Of a DNA stretch of 36,468 nucleotides, positions 19,977 through 29,304 are shown one piece after another. The position numbers and the translations under genes were made by a program. Origin of the DNA: a virus. Its lineage: Duplodnaviria; Caudoviricetes. The notes below the pieces were generated by a model. That model ran no database searches, was not told where the DNA came from, and saw nothing but the letters and a program-made list of their open reading frames with translations. Numbering within the stretch: position 1 is the stretch's first letter; every line of letters starts with the position of its first letter. The DNA lies in the IMG/VR virus record IMGVR_UViG_3300032335_001107, positions 1 to 36,468 of that record, one strand, 5' to 3'.

Positions 19977-20794
19977 AATAAAATTTGCTTATTATTCTCA
20001 GATGTTTCCTCTATAATCTCAGCATCTACCAATTTGTTTGTAGCATTTTCTATTTTAGCAACTGCTTTTTCTGAAATTGTTTTAGGCTGTAATACGGTCT
20101 CAGGTTCTTCAATATCCTCCATATCGCTACTCATTAACATAGCCAAACCTTCGGATTCCGAAAAAGGCTTTTTTAATAATTGTTTTACGGCAATTTTTTC
20201 TAACATATCGTCTTCGGATTTTTTCCAGCTTGGTGAATTAAGATTGGAATAATTATTTTTTATTTTTAATATTTTATCAATTCCAATATGGGGTATTTCA
20301 ATATGACCGTCCCTGTATTGCAATTTCATAAAATAACCTAGCAATTTTCCTCTTTCGGAAAATGGACTATATTCATGTTTATATGTTCCCTCGGATTGAT
20401 TAATGCTAAAAATATCATTTTCATGGACTTTGTATAATTCGGGGACATGACTTAATACTCCATGTGGGCCATGAACGCAAGAATGAGCATATCCATCTTT
20501 TGTTATGTCCATCCGAAGAGATCCAGACATATTAATAAAATATACATGTGGTTTTACTCCTCCGATTTGCAATCCAATTTGAGCGGCTTTTGAAAGTTTG
20601 AAAAAAAATTGATTTTTAGCGTCTTGTGATCCAAGAATAAATTCTCTTAATTCTTTATTTTGCGATACTTCAAGAATTGCTCTTTTTGTCCATTGGTCAA
20701 AGTTTTGTCGTACAGATTCAACAGCTACGGCTTTAATTTTATCCGATTTTTCTAAAACCATCTGTTCTAGTGTTTGTTTTTTTGGTTCTTCCAT
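19973..20794 (-). CDS. recT: RecT-family ssDNA annealing protein
   Basis: AAQIGLQ...VYFI, VHENDIF, SPW...MLEKIAVKQLLK; adjacent to YqaJ exonuclease. Confidence 0.85.
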   Translation of the reverse strand: MEEPKKQTLEQMVLEKSDKIKAVAVESVRQNFDQWTKRAILEVSQNKELREFILGSQDAKNQFFFKLSKAAQIGLQIGGVKPHVYFINMSGSLRMDITKDGYAHSCVHGPHGVLSHVPELYKVHENDIFSINQSEGTYKHEYSPFSERGKLLGYFMKLQYRDGHIEIPHIGIDKILKIKNNYSNLNSPSWKKSEDDMLEKIAVKQLLKKPFSESEGLAMLMSSDMEDIEEPETVLQPKTISEKAVAKIENATNKLVDAEIIEETSENNKQILF

Positions 20795-20810
20795 TTTTTT
20801 TTATCTCCAA

Positions 20811-21866
20811 TTATTTTAATTTTTTGTAGTACAGTCTTCTAAATTTTGATACGTTTATTAGATTTTTTTCTTTGATTTGATTAAAAATCTCTGGATCTTT
20901 TTCTTGCAAAGTTTTTAAGCTTAACGATTCCCTTTCAGATTCCGAACAGGTAACCAACACATCTCCGTTAGGTGTTTGCAATCTTGTATTATTTCCGATT
21001 AATAAACCGATCGAATTATCAATATCTTCAATTTCTTTTTCTTGTTCTTTAATTTTAGATTTTAAAATTTCCCTTCTTTCTAAAATGTCTGACAATTGTA
21101 TTCCGTTATTTATTTTTTCATCCAATTTAATTATGGATGCGTTTTCTTGTATAACAGGAAACATTTTTACAATGTCAGACCATAATTCAACTTTGGGAGG
21201 TATTTTATTTTTGACGTTATACATAAAAATTTCTGATAATTTACTTATACTCTCTATCGTATTATAATCAATTTTACCCATTCCGTATTCTCTATAGTCA
21301 GAGGTATCAATTAATGCAGAGACCCCAGCATTATGTATGCCATATAATTTCATTTGAAATTGAATTTGTAAATAAACAGATAATGGAATACCTTCCAAGG
21401 TTCTTGTATCACTAGAATATCCAAAATCTCCCGATTCATCTATTTTACTGGCATACAATCTTAATGATTTTGCTTCCTGTATAGAATAATTTTTGTCAGG
21501 ATGTTTTACGACTAAATCAGCGTGAGCTACATAATCATCTTGCTCGGCTACTGTATTGCTATAAAATTCAAATCCATCGGCTTTAAATTTGTTCTTTCCC
21601 TGTAATCGTTTTATAATCCATTTATCGGCAATTTCTTTTGTGGTCAAATTTTCTATATACTTGTATAGTATATTAATTTCGTGTCTATGTCCCCAATATG
21701 TGGCTTCATTTCCATTGAATCCATCCACTAAACCAAGTTTTTCTTGCCATAAAGAATATGTAGATTTTCCGTATTTCAAGTTTAAACCTGCTAGCGTAGG
21801 AATGTCGGATGATCCTAGTTTTCCTTTTCTCTCTGTATGGAAATCGTCAATGTATTTCAATTTCAT
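20811..21866 (-). CDS. YqaJ-like viral recombinase exonuclease
   Basis: ERKGKLGSSDI...GLN...Y.LWQEKLG, WGHRHE, ADL...EAKS, IPLSVYLQIQFQM. Confidence 0.9.
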   Translation of the reverse strand: MKLKYIDDFHTERKGKLGSSDIPTLAGLNLKYGKSTYSLWQEKLGLVDGFNGNEATYWGHRHEINILYKYIENLTTKEIADKWIIKRLQGKNKFKADGFEFYSNTVAEQDDYVAHADLVVKHPDKNYSIQEAKSLRLYASKIDESGDFGYSSDTRTLEGIPLSVYLQIQFQMKLYGIHNAGVSALIDTSDYREYGMGKIDYNTIESISKLSEIFMYNVKNKIPPKVELWSDIVKMFPVIQENASIIKLDEKINNGIQLSDILERREILKSKIKEQEKEIEDIDNSIGLLIGNNTRLQTPNGDVLVTCSESERESLSLKTLQEKDPEIFNQIKEKNLINVSKFRRLYYKKLK

Positions 21867-22069
21867 AGGACAATCTCATTTACGGATCTTACAAACTCAT
21901 TCCATAATTCCAATTTGATTGTAATACCATCTTTAGATGGAAACCATTCAGAATTATCCTTTGTATACCATTTACGTATACCTACAAATTCATGCCCTTT
22001 ATACTCTGATTTTTCAATTCTATATTCGTTGGTATCGTTTATTTTTATCTTTTTCACTATTATCTCCAA
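21863..22069 (-). CDS. PC4/YdbC-like ssDNA-binding protein
   Basis: EYKGHEFVGIRKWY...WFPSKDGITI...WNEF matches the PC4 signature. Confidence 0.85.
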   Translation of the reverse strand: MEIIVKKIKINDTNEYRIEKSEYKGHEFVGIRKWYTKDNSEWFPSKDGITIKLELWNEFVRSVNEIVL

Positions 22070-22333
22070 TTAAATTAATTTGTATAAAAAATATATATTT
22101 ATACCTGCAGAAACTAAAAAGTAAAATATCAATCTGTTATTATAATTTTTTATAACATTAAATTGATTCATATAAAAACCTATTATTTTTTGTTGGTAGT
22201 CTACGAATGGTATCACTTTATCATATCTTTTTTCGTCAAACATGTATTTCAGGGAATCAATAATTTCTTCGGATTGCTCGGCTCCCTCACGTTTTCCTAT
22301 TATGTTATACAAATCTTTAAACTTTTCTTCCAT
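22070..22333 (-). CDS. Hypothetical protein with C-terminal TM helix
   Basis: Overlaps the helicase end; hydrophobic C-terminus. Confidence 0.55.
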   Translation of the reverse strand: MEEKFKDLYNIIGKREGAEQSEEIIDSLKYMFDEKRYDKVIPFVDYQQKIIGFYMNQFNVIKNYNNRLIFYFLVSAGINIYFLYKLI

Positions 22334-23768
22334 TTCTTTCCCTTACCTTATTCCAAACTATTTCCGTCCATCCGATCTTGTATCCCAATGCTTCTCTCAA
22401 TTTATCTAATTCAAATTTACCATTTTCTTTTTCGCTTAATTTGTATGCAGTAGACCATAGTAATTTTTGTTTAAATTCTTTAGAATCGGACGACAATGCT
22501 TTAATTGCAATATCAAAAAGATCGCTATTTAAATCAGGAAAATCAGCTTGCAATTTTCCTTGTATTATTTTTATATCAATGGTCTTTTTATCAATTTCTA
22601 CTTTGGTAAAATCAAAATTACAATTTAAACATTTCGAAGGTTTTCCTTCCCATACGGAATAGCATTTAGGACATTCTGTAATACTCGGTCTATTTTTTTT
22701 TGAATCTCTTTTGATACTATCCAAAATCCATTCTCTATTTTGCAATACATGACCATGTATCAAAGAATTACCAGCATGATCTAATATTATAGTTTTTTGT
22801 TTTCCTTCAAACGGTCTTAATGCTCTTCCAATTTGTTGCAAATATAAGCTTAAAGATAAAGTTTTTCTTAATAAAATTGCACCTGCTAAAACGGGAACAT
22901 CCAAACCCTCAGAGATTACATCGCATGAAGTTAAAACTTGTGTATCTCCATTCGACAAACCATTTATGTATTTATCCCTTAAGCTATTATCCATATCTCC
23001 ATAAACTGCAAAAGATTTATAACCAGCATCGGAAAAATTTTGTGCCATAAGTTTTGAATGTTCAACTGTAGGGCAAAAACAGACAACAGGTAAACCGTCA
23101 AGGTGTTCTTTATAATGTCCAATAACATCCCCAACAATTTTTTTTTGAGATACAAATTTTTCTTGTTCTTGCGTATCAAAATCTCCTTTTTTCATTTTAT
23201 AGCTTTCAGGAATACCTGGAGGTTTGTATATAATTGGGTAAGACAGAAAACCTTGTTTTATTGCTTCTTTGGTTTGAATGCCTACAATAATTTTATTGAA
23301 AATATTATTTTCTCCCAATCCTTTTCCATCCATACGTTCGGGAGTAGCAGTAAAACCAATTCTAGGAACATCCGAAAAATAATTTAGAATACTTTGCCAA
23401 GTGTTTCCAATGCTATGATGACATTCGTCTATAATAATCAAATCAGGTTTATTAATTTTGTTTAGCCTATTGACTACGGTTCCGACCATAGCACATTGAA
23501 CCAATTCCAATCCCATATTTGTAAATTTGCTTGTTATTTGTCCAGCATTGATCCCGACGTTAAAAAGCTTCTCCATAGTTTGTCTATGTATCTCACGTCT
23601 ATGGGTAAGAATCAAAACTCTTTTATTATTCTTTGCTGTAAGACTTGCAATATGCGAAAATATAATTGTCTTACCTGTACCCGTAGGAAGCACTACGCAA
23701 ATTCTATTGTATTTCGGTAAATTGATTCTAATTTCCTCTATTATTTCTATTTGATAATTTCTTAACAT
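22317..23768 (-). CDS. SF2 DExH helicase with C-terminal Zn ribbon
   Basis: LRNYQ, PTGTGKT, DECHH, TATPER, QQIGRALR, CPKC...CLNC. Confidence 0.93.
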   Translation of the reverse strand: MLRNYQIEIIEEIRINLPKYNRICVVLPTGTGKTIIFSHIASLTAKNNKRVLILTHRREIHRQTMEKLFNVGINAGQITSKFTNMGLELVQCAMVGTVVNRLNKINKPDLIIIDECHHSIGNTWQSILNYFSDVPRIGFTATPERMDGKGLGENNIFNKIIVGIQTKEAIKQGFLSYPIIYKPPGIPESYKMKKGDFDTQEQEKFVSQKKIVGDVIGHYKEHLDGLPVVCFCPTVEHSKLMAQNFSDAGYKSFAVYGDMDNSLRDKYINGLSNGDTQVLTSCDVISEGLDVPVLAGAILLRKTLSLSLYLQQIGRALRPFEGKQKTIILDHAGNSLIHGHVLQNREWILDSIKRDSKKNRPSITECPKCYSVWEGKPSKCLNCNFDFTKVEIDKKTIDIKIIQGKLQADFPDLNSDLFDIAIKALSSDSKEFKQKLLWSTAYKLSEKENGKFELDKLREALGYKIGWTEIVWNKVRERNGRKV

Positions 23769-23801
23769 TTACTTAATTATACTCCCATACTCGGACAATT
23801 T

Positions 23802-24182
23802 TTAATATTTTTTGATTAAAATTTTACTACCATCAAATTTTGTTTCCCAACCTTCTCCCCCTGATTCACCAATAAACTGTAAAAAATTTAACTGTTCTTT
23901 GGATAATTTATCGTTTTTTGTTTTGATTTCGTTAGCCCAAAAAATAGCTAAAATTTTACCAAGATGTTCCTCTGTAATACGAATTGGTAAAAATCCAATT
24001 AGATCACTTGCCCCGATAACCAAACCAGACTTTAAAGGTCTTGGATTTCTGAGGTGTAAGACATTATTATTCTTAGAAATAATTTCACCTTGCCATGCCA
24101 AACCAGATTGATTTCGCCATAATCGTCCGCCTAGTTTTGTAGCTTGCAATCGGGCATATGCTAAAATTTCGCTTTCTGTCAT
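23802..24182 (-). CDS. VRR-NUC domain nuclease
   Basis: MTESEI...RLWRNQSG...GASDLIG...EIKT...LSKEQLNFL...GG. Confidence 0.85.
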   Translation of the reverse strand: MTESEILAYARLQATKLGGRLWRNQSGLAWQGEIISKNNNVLHLRNPRPLKSGLVIGASDLIGFLPIRITEEHLGKILAIFWANEIKTKNDKLSKEQLNFLQFIGESGGEGWETKFDGSKILIKKY

Positions 24183-24352
24183 TTTTTCGATTCCATTATT
24201 TTTTTTCGTTCTTGCATATCGTCATACAGATTCATAACGGATGTCTTGCAATAATAACCATGAGCAAGTTTTTTAATTTTTCCAATTGATACCAATTCGT
24301 AAATTCTTGTAAAACTTAATCCAAGAAAATCAGAGACTTCTTTTAGATTCAT
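24179..24352 (-). CDS. Small wHTH (excisionase/AlpA-like) DNA-binding protein; probable start MNLKEV
   Basis: MNLKEVSDFLGLSFTRIYELVSIGKI. Confidence 0.75.
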   Translation of the reverse strand: MNLKEVSDFLGLSFTRIYELVSIGKIKKLAHGYYCKTSVMNLYDDMQERKKIMESKK

Positions 24353-24500
24353 TACCTGTAATAATTTTAAGCATTTTATCAAAAATTATTTTATCAATAA
24401 CTTTATCATTATACAATCTAACAATCTCGGATACATTTTTTTCTTGTATTTCAATTGATCCCTCAATTCCAAAAGTTTTTTTATTTGGTCTTAAAATCAT
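24330..24500 (-). CDS. Hypothetical protein, 56 aa (not in ORF track)
   Basis: MILRPNKKTFGIEGSIEI...; ATGA overlap with upstream stop; fills the gap. Confidence 0.5.
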   Translation of the reverse strand: MILRPNKKTFGIEGSIEIQEKNVSEIVRLYNDKVIDKIIFDKMLKIITGNESKRSL

Positions 24501-24781
24501 GTGTCATTCCTTGAAATACTAATTCCTTTTTCAATTCTCCAAAGACATTCGTTGGCAACTCTGTTTAAGTCATACGTAGAATTATTTCGAGGCTGTCTGT
24601 AAATCCAAGATCCTATATCGGATTCTTTACCCTTGTATAATTTCCTACATTTATTTATTATTTCGTCGAATTCTACTAAAAAATCAGGTTTTTTTCGTTC
24701 CCAATATTGTTCGGTTTTTTCTTCGTAATACTTTTCAAGTTCTTCTTCGGTGGGTTCTATAAATTCTTGATCCTCTGTCAT
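24497..24781 (-). CDS. Hypothetical protein
   Basis: 94 aa, coupled by ATGA overlaps on both sides. Confidence 0.65.
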   Translation of the reverse strand: MTEDQEFIEPTEEELEKYYEEKTEQYWERKKPDFLVEFDEIINKCRKLYKGKESDIGSWIYRQPRNNSTYDLNRVANECLWRIEKGISISRNDT

Positions 24782-24912
24782 TTTCTCAACCTGTCTATCA
24801 TATTAATAAGATACCTCTGTTTTTTGGCTTTTTCTTTTGCGTATTCATAAGAACATTCTACTTCATAAATTTCTTTAAATTTTGTTTCGTATGTAAAATA
24901 TTTTTTTTCCAT
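24778..24912 (-). CDS. Hypothetical protein, 44 aa (not in ORF track)
   Basis: MEKKYFTYETKFKEIYEVECSYEYAKEKAKKQRYLINMIDRLRK*; GAGG SD upstream; fills the gap. Confidence 0.55.
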   Translation of the reverse strand: MEKKYFTYETKFKEIYEVECSYEYAKEKAKKQRYLINMIDRLRK

Positions 24913-24914
24913 TT

Positions 24915-25334
24915 TTATTTCCTCTTAATATTAGCATCGACCCAAACCTTTGGATACCATCGTTTTTTTATTGCTCCAACTTGAAAAGGTGCATCCATTT
25001 TCTTTAAAATATTGTGAGCATGTGAAATGGTTCTTCCCATAATTTTTGCAACATCATCCAAGCTATAAGATGATTTTTTTACCTCCTCCGAAACATCATT
25101 AGCTTTTGTGTATCTTTTGGCAATTGGGTTAGATCGTATCGACAATCTGTAATTCAATTCGTTGGATAGATCTTCGATTTGTTTCTTGTTATACCAATAT
25201 CTGTTATTCATATAAACTTCTTCAATGTTATTTTTTTTAAAAATTACATGAATTGTTTTATGATTTTGAAAATAAATTAAAGCTTCTTTTCTTGTAATAT
25301 AGTTTTCGGGGTTATCCATTTTATTCCTCATCAA
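24915..25334 (-). CDS. Tandem wHTH (MerR/Xis-like) DNA-binding protein
   Basis: Two repeats: YITRKEAL...RYWYNKKQI and YSLDDVAKIMG...RWYPKVWV; start probably MDNPE at 25319. Confidence 0.65.
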   Translation of the reverse strand: MMRNKMDNPENYITRKEALIYFQNHKTIHVIFKKNNIEEVYMNNRYWYNKKQIEDLSNELNYRLSIRSNPIAKRYTKANDVSEEVKKSSYSLDDVAKIMGRTISHAHNILKKMDAPFQVGAIKKRWYPKVWVDANIKRK

Positions 25335-27903
25335 TATATTTTTTCTTAAATTTCATCCAATCAAACAATCTTACAGATTGCTTGTGTCCAGCGATTCTCC
25401 TTTGAACACAAGTTTTCTGTGTAGTACAAAAATCATTTCGCTTAATTTGTGCATCGTAATTTTTTTCAAATGTGGTTCCGTGTAGCATTTTCGTAATACT
25501 TGCATTTTTCTTGCAAATCATTACAATATTTTCTTTTTCGCTTAGCTTTATCCCGTTTCTTTCCAACTCTTTTCTTTCACTCGAATCATGCTCATAATTT
25601 GTAAGTATTTCAGAAACTGTAAGACGTTTTCCCAATTCCATATTTATGGAATATCCTAAAATGTTTTCAATTACACTGTCTTCATCAGGATTAAGTGTTT
25701 CTTTTTCTTCATTTAAATATAATTCCCATTTTTTTAAAAATTCAATACCTTCTTTGCTATTTTGTATTTCGTTATCATTGGTAAGATGCCAGATTGCGGC
25801 TATTATTGGACTCCAATTGTCAGATTCCCTTTGATTTCCTGTAATACTTAAAAAATATTCTGATAAAAATTGAATGTCTTTTGTAATTTTTTCAATTCTA
25901 TTAAACATTCTTTTTCTAAATTTTTCAGGGTTTTTTAGGCAATTAATCCAAACTTTAGAATCCCTTTTTTTGTTTTTTGTAAATTCTGCTAGTTCTTCAT
26001 TCGGAACGCTTTTTAATTCGGCTCTCAGTATCCTACTATCTATAGCATGGTCAATCTGTGGAGGTTGATCCGAGGAAAAACAAAACATAGACCGTACCAC
26101 AAAAAGATCAACTCCCCCGTCCCTAGCTGTCACTGCTCTAATCGCTGAAATATCACTACTCGCATCACGTGCTAAATTTAACTTTTCATATATTTTATTT
26201 TCGTCGTTTTTAACAGTAATTTTCATTTCATCCAGTATTATCGGTAGAGCTGTATTTCGTACCGACCGTCTTACGGCTGACTCTGTAGAACCCCCAGATC
26301 CCTTAAAAACAAAGCTTCCTAAAAGTCTTTCCATTAAATTTTCTAAAACGTATGACTTCCCAGTTCCCTTTTTACCTTCTATCCAAATATGAGGTCTCCA
26401 TGTTAATGCCCCAGCCATCGGGGCAATTAACGACCATCCTAGACATGCCAAACCTGATTTTTTGGAAACCCATTTTTGGGAATCAAACAATCCTTGTAAT
26501 TGCAATCCATCGGCGTAATCTGATTCTTTTTCTCCAAGTTCATCGAATGTAATACTACTTGAAACGTAAAAATATTTACTTTTAAATTCGTGATATTCCA
26601 ATTTTTTTCCGTTCGGAAATTCTAAACAAGATCCAGTATTTAAAACAAATTTTTCTTCATCCCTCCAAACTCCCGTCCCTCTAATTTTCAAAGAATCAAA
26701 TCGTCCCATTTCTTGCGATTTGGTTTGTATCCAATCTTGTGCTTGTGTGACTTTTATATTCCCATGCGGAGATACAAAATCACAGATTGACCAAAATGCT
26801 AGTGGTGCAAGCTGTAAGATTTTGGAGGAAGTAAATCCGGATCTTGCAATACTAACAACAATTCTTTCTTTTGTAAGTAGAAAATAGTGCAAATCGTCCG
26901 AGTAACCAAGAAATCTAAAAAACTGTTCTTCTATATTTTTATTATTATTATTTATTATTTCGGTTTTACCTGTAGAAAATTCAGGTGTATTATTTATAAT
27001 TTCAAGTAAATCTAATTTCTCTTTTTCAGCGTCGGCTATGTCCCATCCATCTTTTTTGTCAGACAATTTGTAAACATCCAAAACCTTTCCATGTCCCAAA
27101 ATTCCCTTTATTCCTAGCATAGCCTTCATGCCAGGTTGTTCATGTTTTTCTAATTTTAATTTCGTATCACGATCAGACCATAATACAACTTTTCTATTTT
27201 TTAATGGTGACCAATCCGTTTTGTCATACGATTGACTACCTCCCAACCAAGATACAACTATGTAGCCATCGACATTTACAATTCCACAGGTTTCTCCCTC
27301 GACTATCAATACAGGTAAATCAGGGTTTTTAGGTAGTTCATCCAATCCGAAAATAGGAAAATTATCGGTATAAGGGCGACCAGATTCCCATTTATTTTTT
27401 TCGGAATAATAAAAAGGGATGGTTTGTTTAGTATTATTTTTTTCAAATCGAACGACTACAAATTCAGTTTTATTATTTCTTGAATAGGAAAAATAGCTTT
27501 TAGGATCTCCAAATTCATTTATAAAAAAATCACTGCTCACATAGTTTTTAATGGTTTTTAATTTATCGTCTGGAATTGGAATAATTGCTTTGCCCTTTTC
27601 TATTTTTGGTTTTGATTTTTTAGGTGTAATTGTCTGTATTTCATTGGCTATCAATTCAGCAGATTCTTTCAAAGAAATATTTTTAGACCGAGATACCAAA
27701 TCTATAAAATCCCCTCCCTCATTGGTAGCATGATCGTAATACATGCCATCTTTTGAAATATGAAAAGAATTTGGTCTTGAATCCGATCTTAATGGCGATC
27801 TTATCCAATATTCATTCTTTTTCCATTTCCCCCCTGGAAATAGCTTCTCTATAGAATAGGCATCAATCCTATCCTTAGCAATTTCAAAAATAGATTTTTC
27901 CAT
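25321..27903 (-). CDS. Bifunctional DNA primase-helicase (TOPRIM plus P-loop ATPase)
   Basis: Degenerate CHC2-like N-terminus, TOPRIM IVEGE...WSDRD...GWDIAD, Walker A GKKGTGKS, Walker B IILDE. Confidence 0.88.
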   Translation of the reverse strand: MEKSIFEIAKDRIDAYSIEKLFPGGKWKKNEYWIRSPLRSDSRPNSFHISKDGMYYDHATNEGGDFIDLVSRSKNISLKESAELIANEIQTITPKKSKPKIEKGKAIIPIPDDKLKTIKNYVSSDFFINEFGDPKSYFSYSRNNKTEFVVVRFEKNNTKQTIPFYYSEKNKWESGRPYTDNFPIFGLDELPKNPDLPVLIVEGETCGIVNVDGYIVVSWLGGSQSYDKTDWSPLKNRKVVLWSDRDTKLKLEKHEQPGMKAMLGIKGILGHGKVLDVYKLSDKKDGWDIADAEKEKLDLLEIINNTPEFSTGKTEIINNNNKNIEEQFFRFLGYSDDLHYFLLTKERIVVSIARSGFTSSKILQLAPLAFWSICDFVSPHGNIKVTQAQDWIQTKSQEMGRFDSLKIRGTGVWRDEEKFVLNTGSCLEFPNGKKLEYHEFKSKYFYVSSSITFDELGEKESDYADGLQLQGLFDSQKWVSKKSGLACLGWSLIAPMAGALTWRPHIWIEGKKGTGKSYVLENLMERLLGSFVFKGSGGSTESAVRRSVRNTALPIILDEMKITVKNDENKIYEKLNLARDASSDISAIRAVTARDGGVDLFVVRSMFCFSSDQPPQIDHAIDSRILRAELKSVPNEELAEFTKNKKRDSKVWINCLKNPEKFRKRMFNRIEKITKDIQFLSEYFLSITGNQRESDNWSPIIAAIWHLTNDNEIQNSKEGIEFLKKWELYLNEEKETLNPDEDSVIENILGYSINMELGKRLTVSEILTNYEHDSSERKELERNGIKLSEKENIVMICKKNASITKMLHGTTFEKNYDAQIKRNDFCTTQKTCVQRRIAGHKQSVRLFDWMKFKKKYIDEE

Positions 27904-28074
27904 TTATCTTTTATTCGATAAATGCAATTTCAAAGCTTGTTCGGTAAAACTATAAATATTTATACCATTATTATCACAATATTCTTTTATTTTATCGTGT
28001 AGATCATTATTTATTTTTATAGTTTTCTGTTTAGCCCATTGTGGATAATAGTATTTTTTCTTATCAGGTTTCAT
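27904..28074 (-). CDS. Ribbon-helix-helix protein, 56 aa (not in ORF track)
   Basis: MKPDKKKYYYPQWAKQKTIKINNDLHDKIKEYCDNNGINIYSFTEQALKLHLSNKR*; stop abuts the primase ATG. Confidence 0.7.
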   Translation of the reverse strand: MKPDKKKYYYPQWAKQKTIKINNDLHDKIKEYCDNNGINIYSFTEQALKLHLSNKR

Positions 28075-28183
28075 TTATAAATTCCTTTTTTATTTTTTTT
28101 ACAAATTTGCAGGTCAAAAAATTATGATCCGATGCAATAATTAATAGTAAGACAATTAGTAAGTATTTAAGATAATTATTCAA
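28064..28183 (-). CDS. Small single-TM peptide (probable TTG start at 28183)
   Basis: LNNYLKYLLIVLLLIIASD...; TTGA overlap with upstream stop. Confidence 0.4.
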   Translation of the reverse strand: MNNYLKYLLIVLLLIIASDHNFLTCKFVKKIKKEFINET

Positions 28184-28551
28184 ATTGGAACTCCCATAAG
28201 TTTTCTGAATTTCCATAGCATCGAACCAATAAAAATAATACTCCCTAAAATAAGGATCATCCAAAAAGTATTTTTAATATTTCGCCAAGTCTGGATTTCC
28301 AACTCTAAATTTTGTATGGTTTGTTTCAAGGAAAAATTCTCTTTTTCAAGAAAAATATTTTTATTAAAACATTCCTGATTATACAATGCAGATTCTTCTA
28401 GTGTTTTAATAATTTTGTTTTTTGTCTTGTCCTGTATTTCAGGATTAAATTTTATTTCACTTATGATTTCTTCCATATTTGGAGGTTTGGAAATACTTGT
28501 TTGGATTGTGCTACATGATAGTAGTAGTAATATTAGTAGGTATGTTTTCAT
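28180..28551 (-). CDS. Lipoprotein with C-terminal TM helix; candidate unimolecular spanin
   Basis: MKTYLLILLLLS-C lipobox, coiled-coil middle, TM FWMILILGSIIFIGSMLW, basic tail; ATGA-coupled start at 28551. Confidence 0.6.
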   Translation of the reverse strand: MKTYLLILLLLSCSTIQTSISKPPNMEEIISEIKFNPEIQDKTKNKIIKTLEESALYNQECFNKNIFLEKENFSLKQTIQNLELEIQTWRNIKNTFWMILILGSIIFIGSMLWKFRKLMGVPI

Positions 28552-29144
28552 AATTTTCCCCATTGATTTGCCATTGCGTCCGCAATACCTAGAAATGTTT
28601 TGGATCTAAATTTCCCTTTGTTGCCTTTTGCCATTGAATACCATAAACTGCCTTTTGACTTTCCATCCAAACCTATATATCTAGGACCCTTATTAACTAT
28701 ATAGGTATATATTAATGGTGGAACATTTTTTAACCATAGGCAAGTTTTTTTAGTGCATTCATCCCCAAAATAATATGGCTCTATGATTTGATTGTATGAC
28801 GGTAGCTTGGCATATTTATGTGGTATTGGATTCTCTATTGCTATAGATCCATTATAATCATAAAATTTCATAAATAAATTCCTACCATTTTCTAACTTAT
28901 GCCATCTACTAGGATCTTTATGTAAATGCTGAACTCCGGAATTTGCAAGATATGTACATAGTGGGTGGGCAATAACTAAATCCCAATTATTAGAATGCAA
29001 AATTTTAATAGCATCATCTTTAATATGCCACTCAGGATGCCCACCACTACAATCTTGTATGTCACAAGAATAAGCTTCATGCCCTAATTCTCTAAATGCA
29101 ATACATACGGTTTGACTTTCTTCACATGCTATTAATACTTTCAT
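28548..29144 (-). CDS. Short C5-cytosine methyltransferase-like protein
   Basis: VLIACEES motif I variant, SCDI, AHPLCT (motif IV, normally PPC), IENP, KKTCLW, RSKTFLGIADAMANQWG. Confidence 0.75.
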   Translation of the reverse strand: MKVLIACEESQTVCIAFRELGHEAYSCDIQDCSGGHPEWHIKDDAIKILHSNNWDLVIAHPLCTYLANSGVQHLHKDPSRWHKLENGRNLFMKFYDYNGSIAIENPIPHKYAKLPSYNQIIEPYYFGDECTKKTCLWLKNVPPLIYTYIVNKGPRYIGLDGKSKGSLWYSMAKGNKGKFRSKTFLGIADAMANQWGKL

Positions 29145-29146
29145 AA

Positions 29147-29293
29147 TTAATTACTCTTTGGATATTTTTTATCATAATCGGGATCTATATACTCAATAAT
29201 CCTATTTTCTTTACTATTCTTTTTGACGGTATTTTTGATCACTGTAATACCAAAAAAAATAGTTAAGCTTATTAATATTGTTAAAATTGCCAT
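29147..29293 (-). CDS. Small membrane-anchored protein, 48 aa (not in ORF track)
   Basis: MAILTILISLTIFFGITVIKNTVKKNSKENRIIEYIDPDYDKKYPKSN*. Confidence 0.5.
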   Translation of the reverse strand: MAILTILISLTIFFGITVIKNTVKKNSKENRIIEYIDPDYDKKYPKSN

Positions 29294-29304
29294 TTCTTTT
29301 ATGC

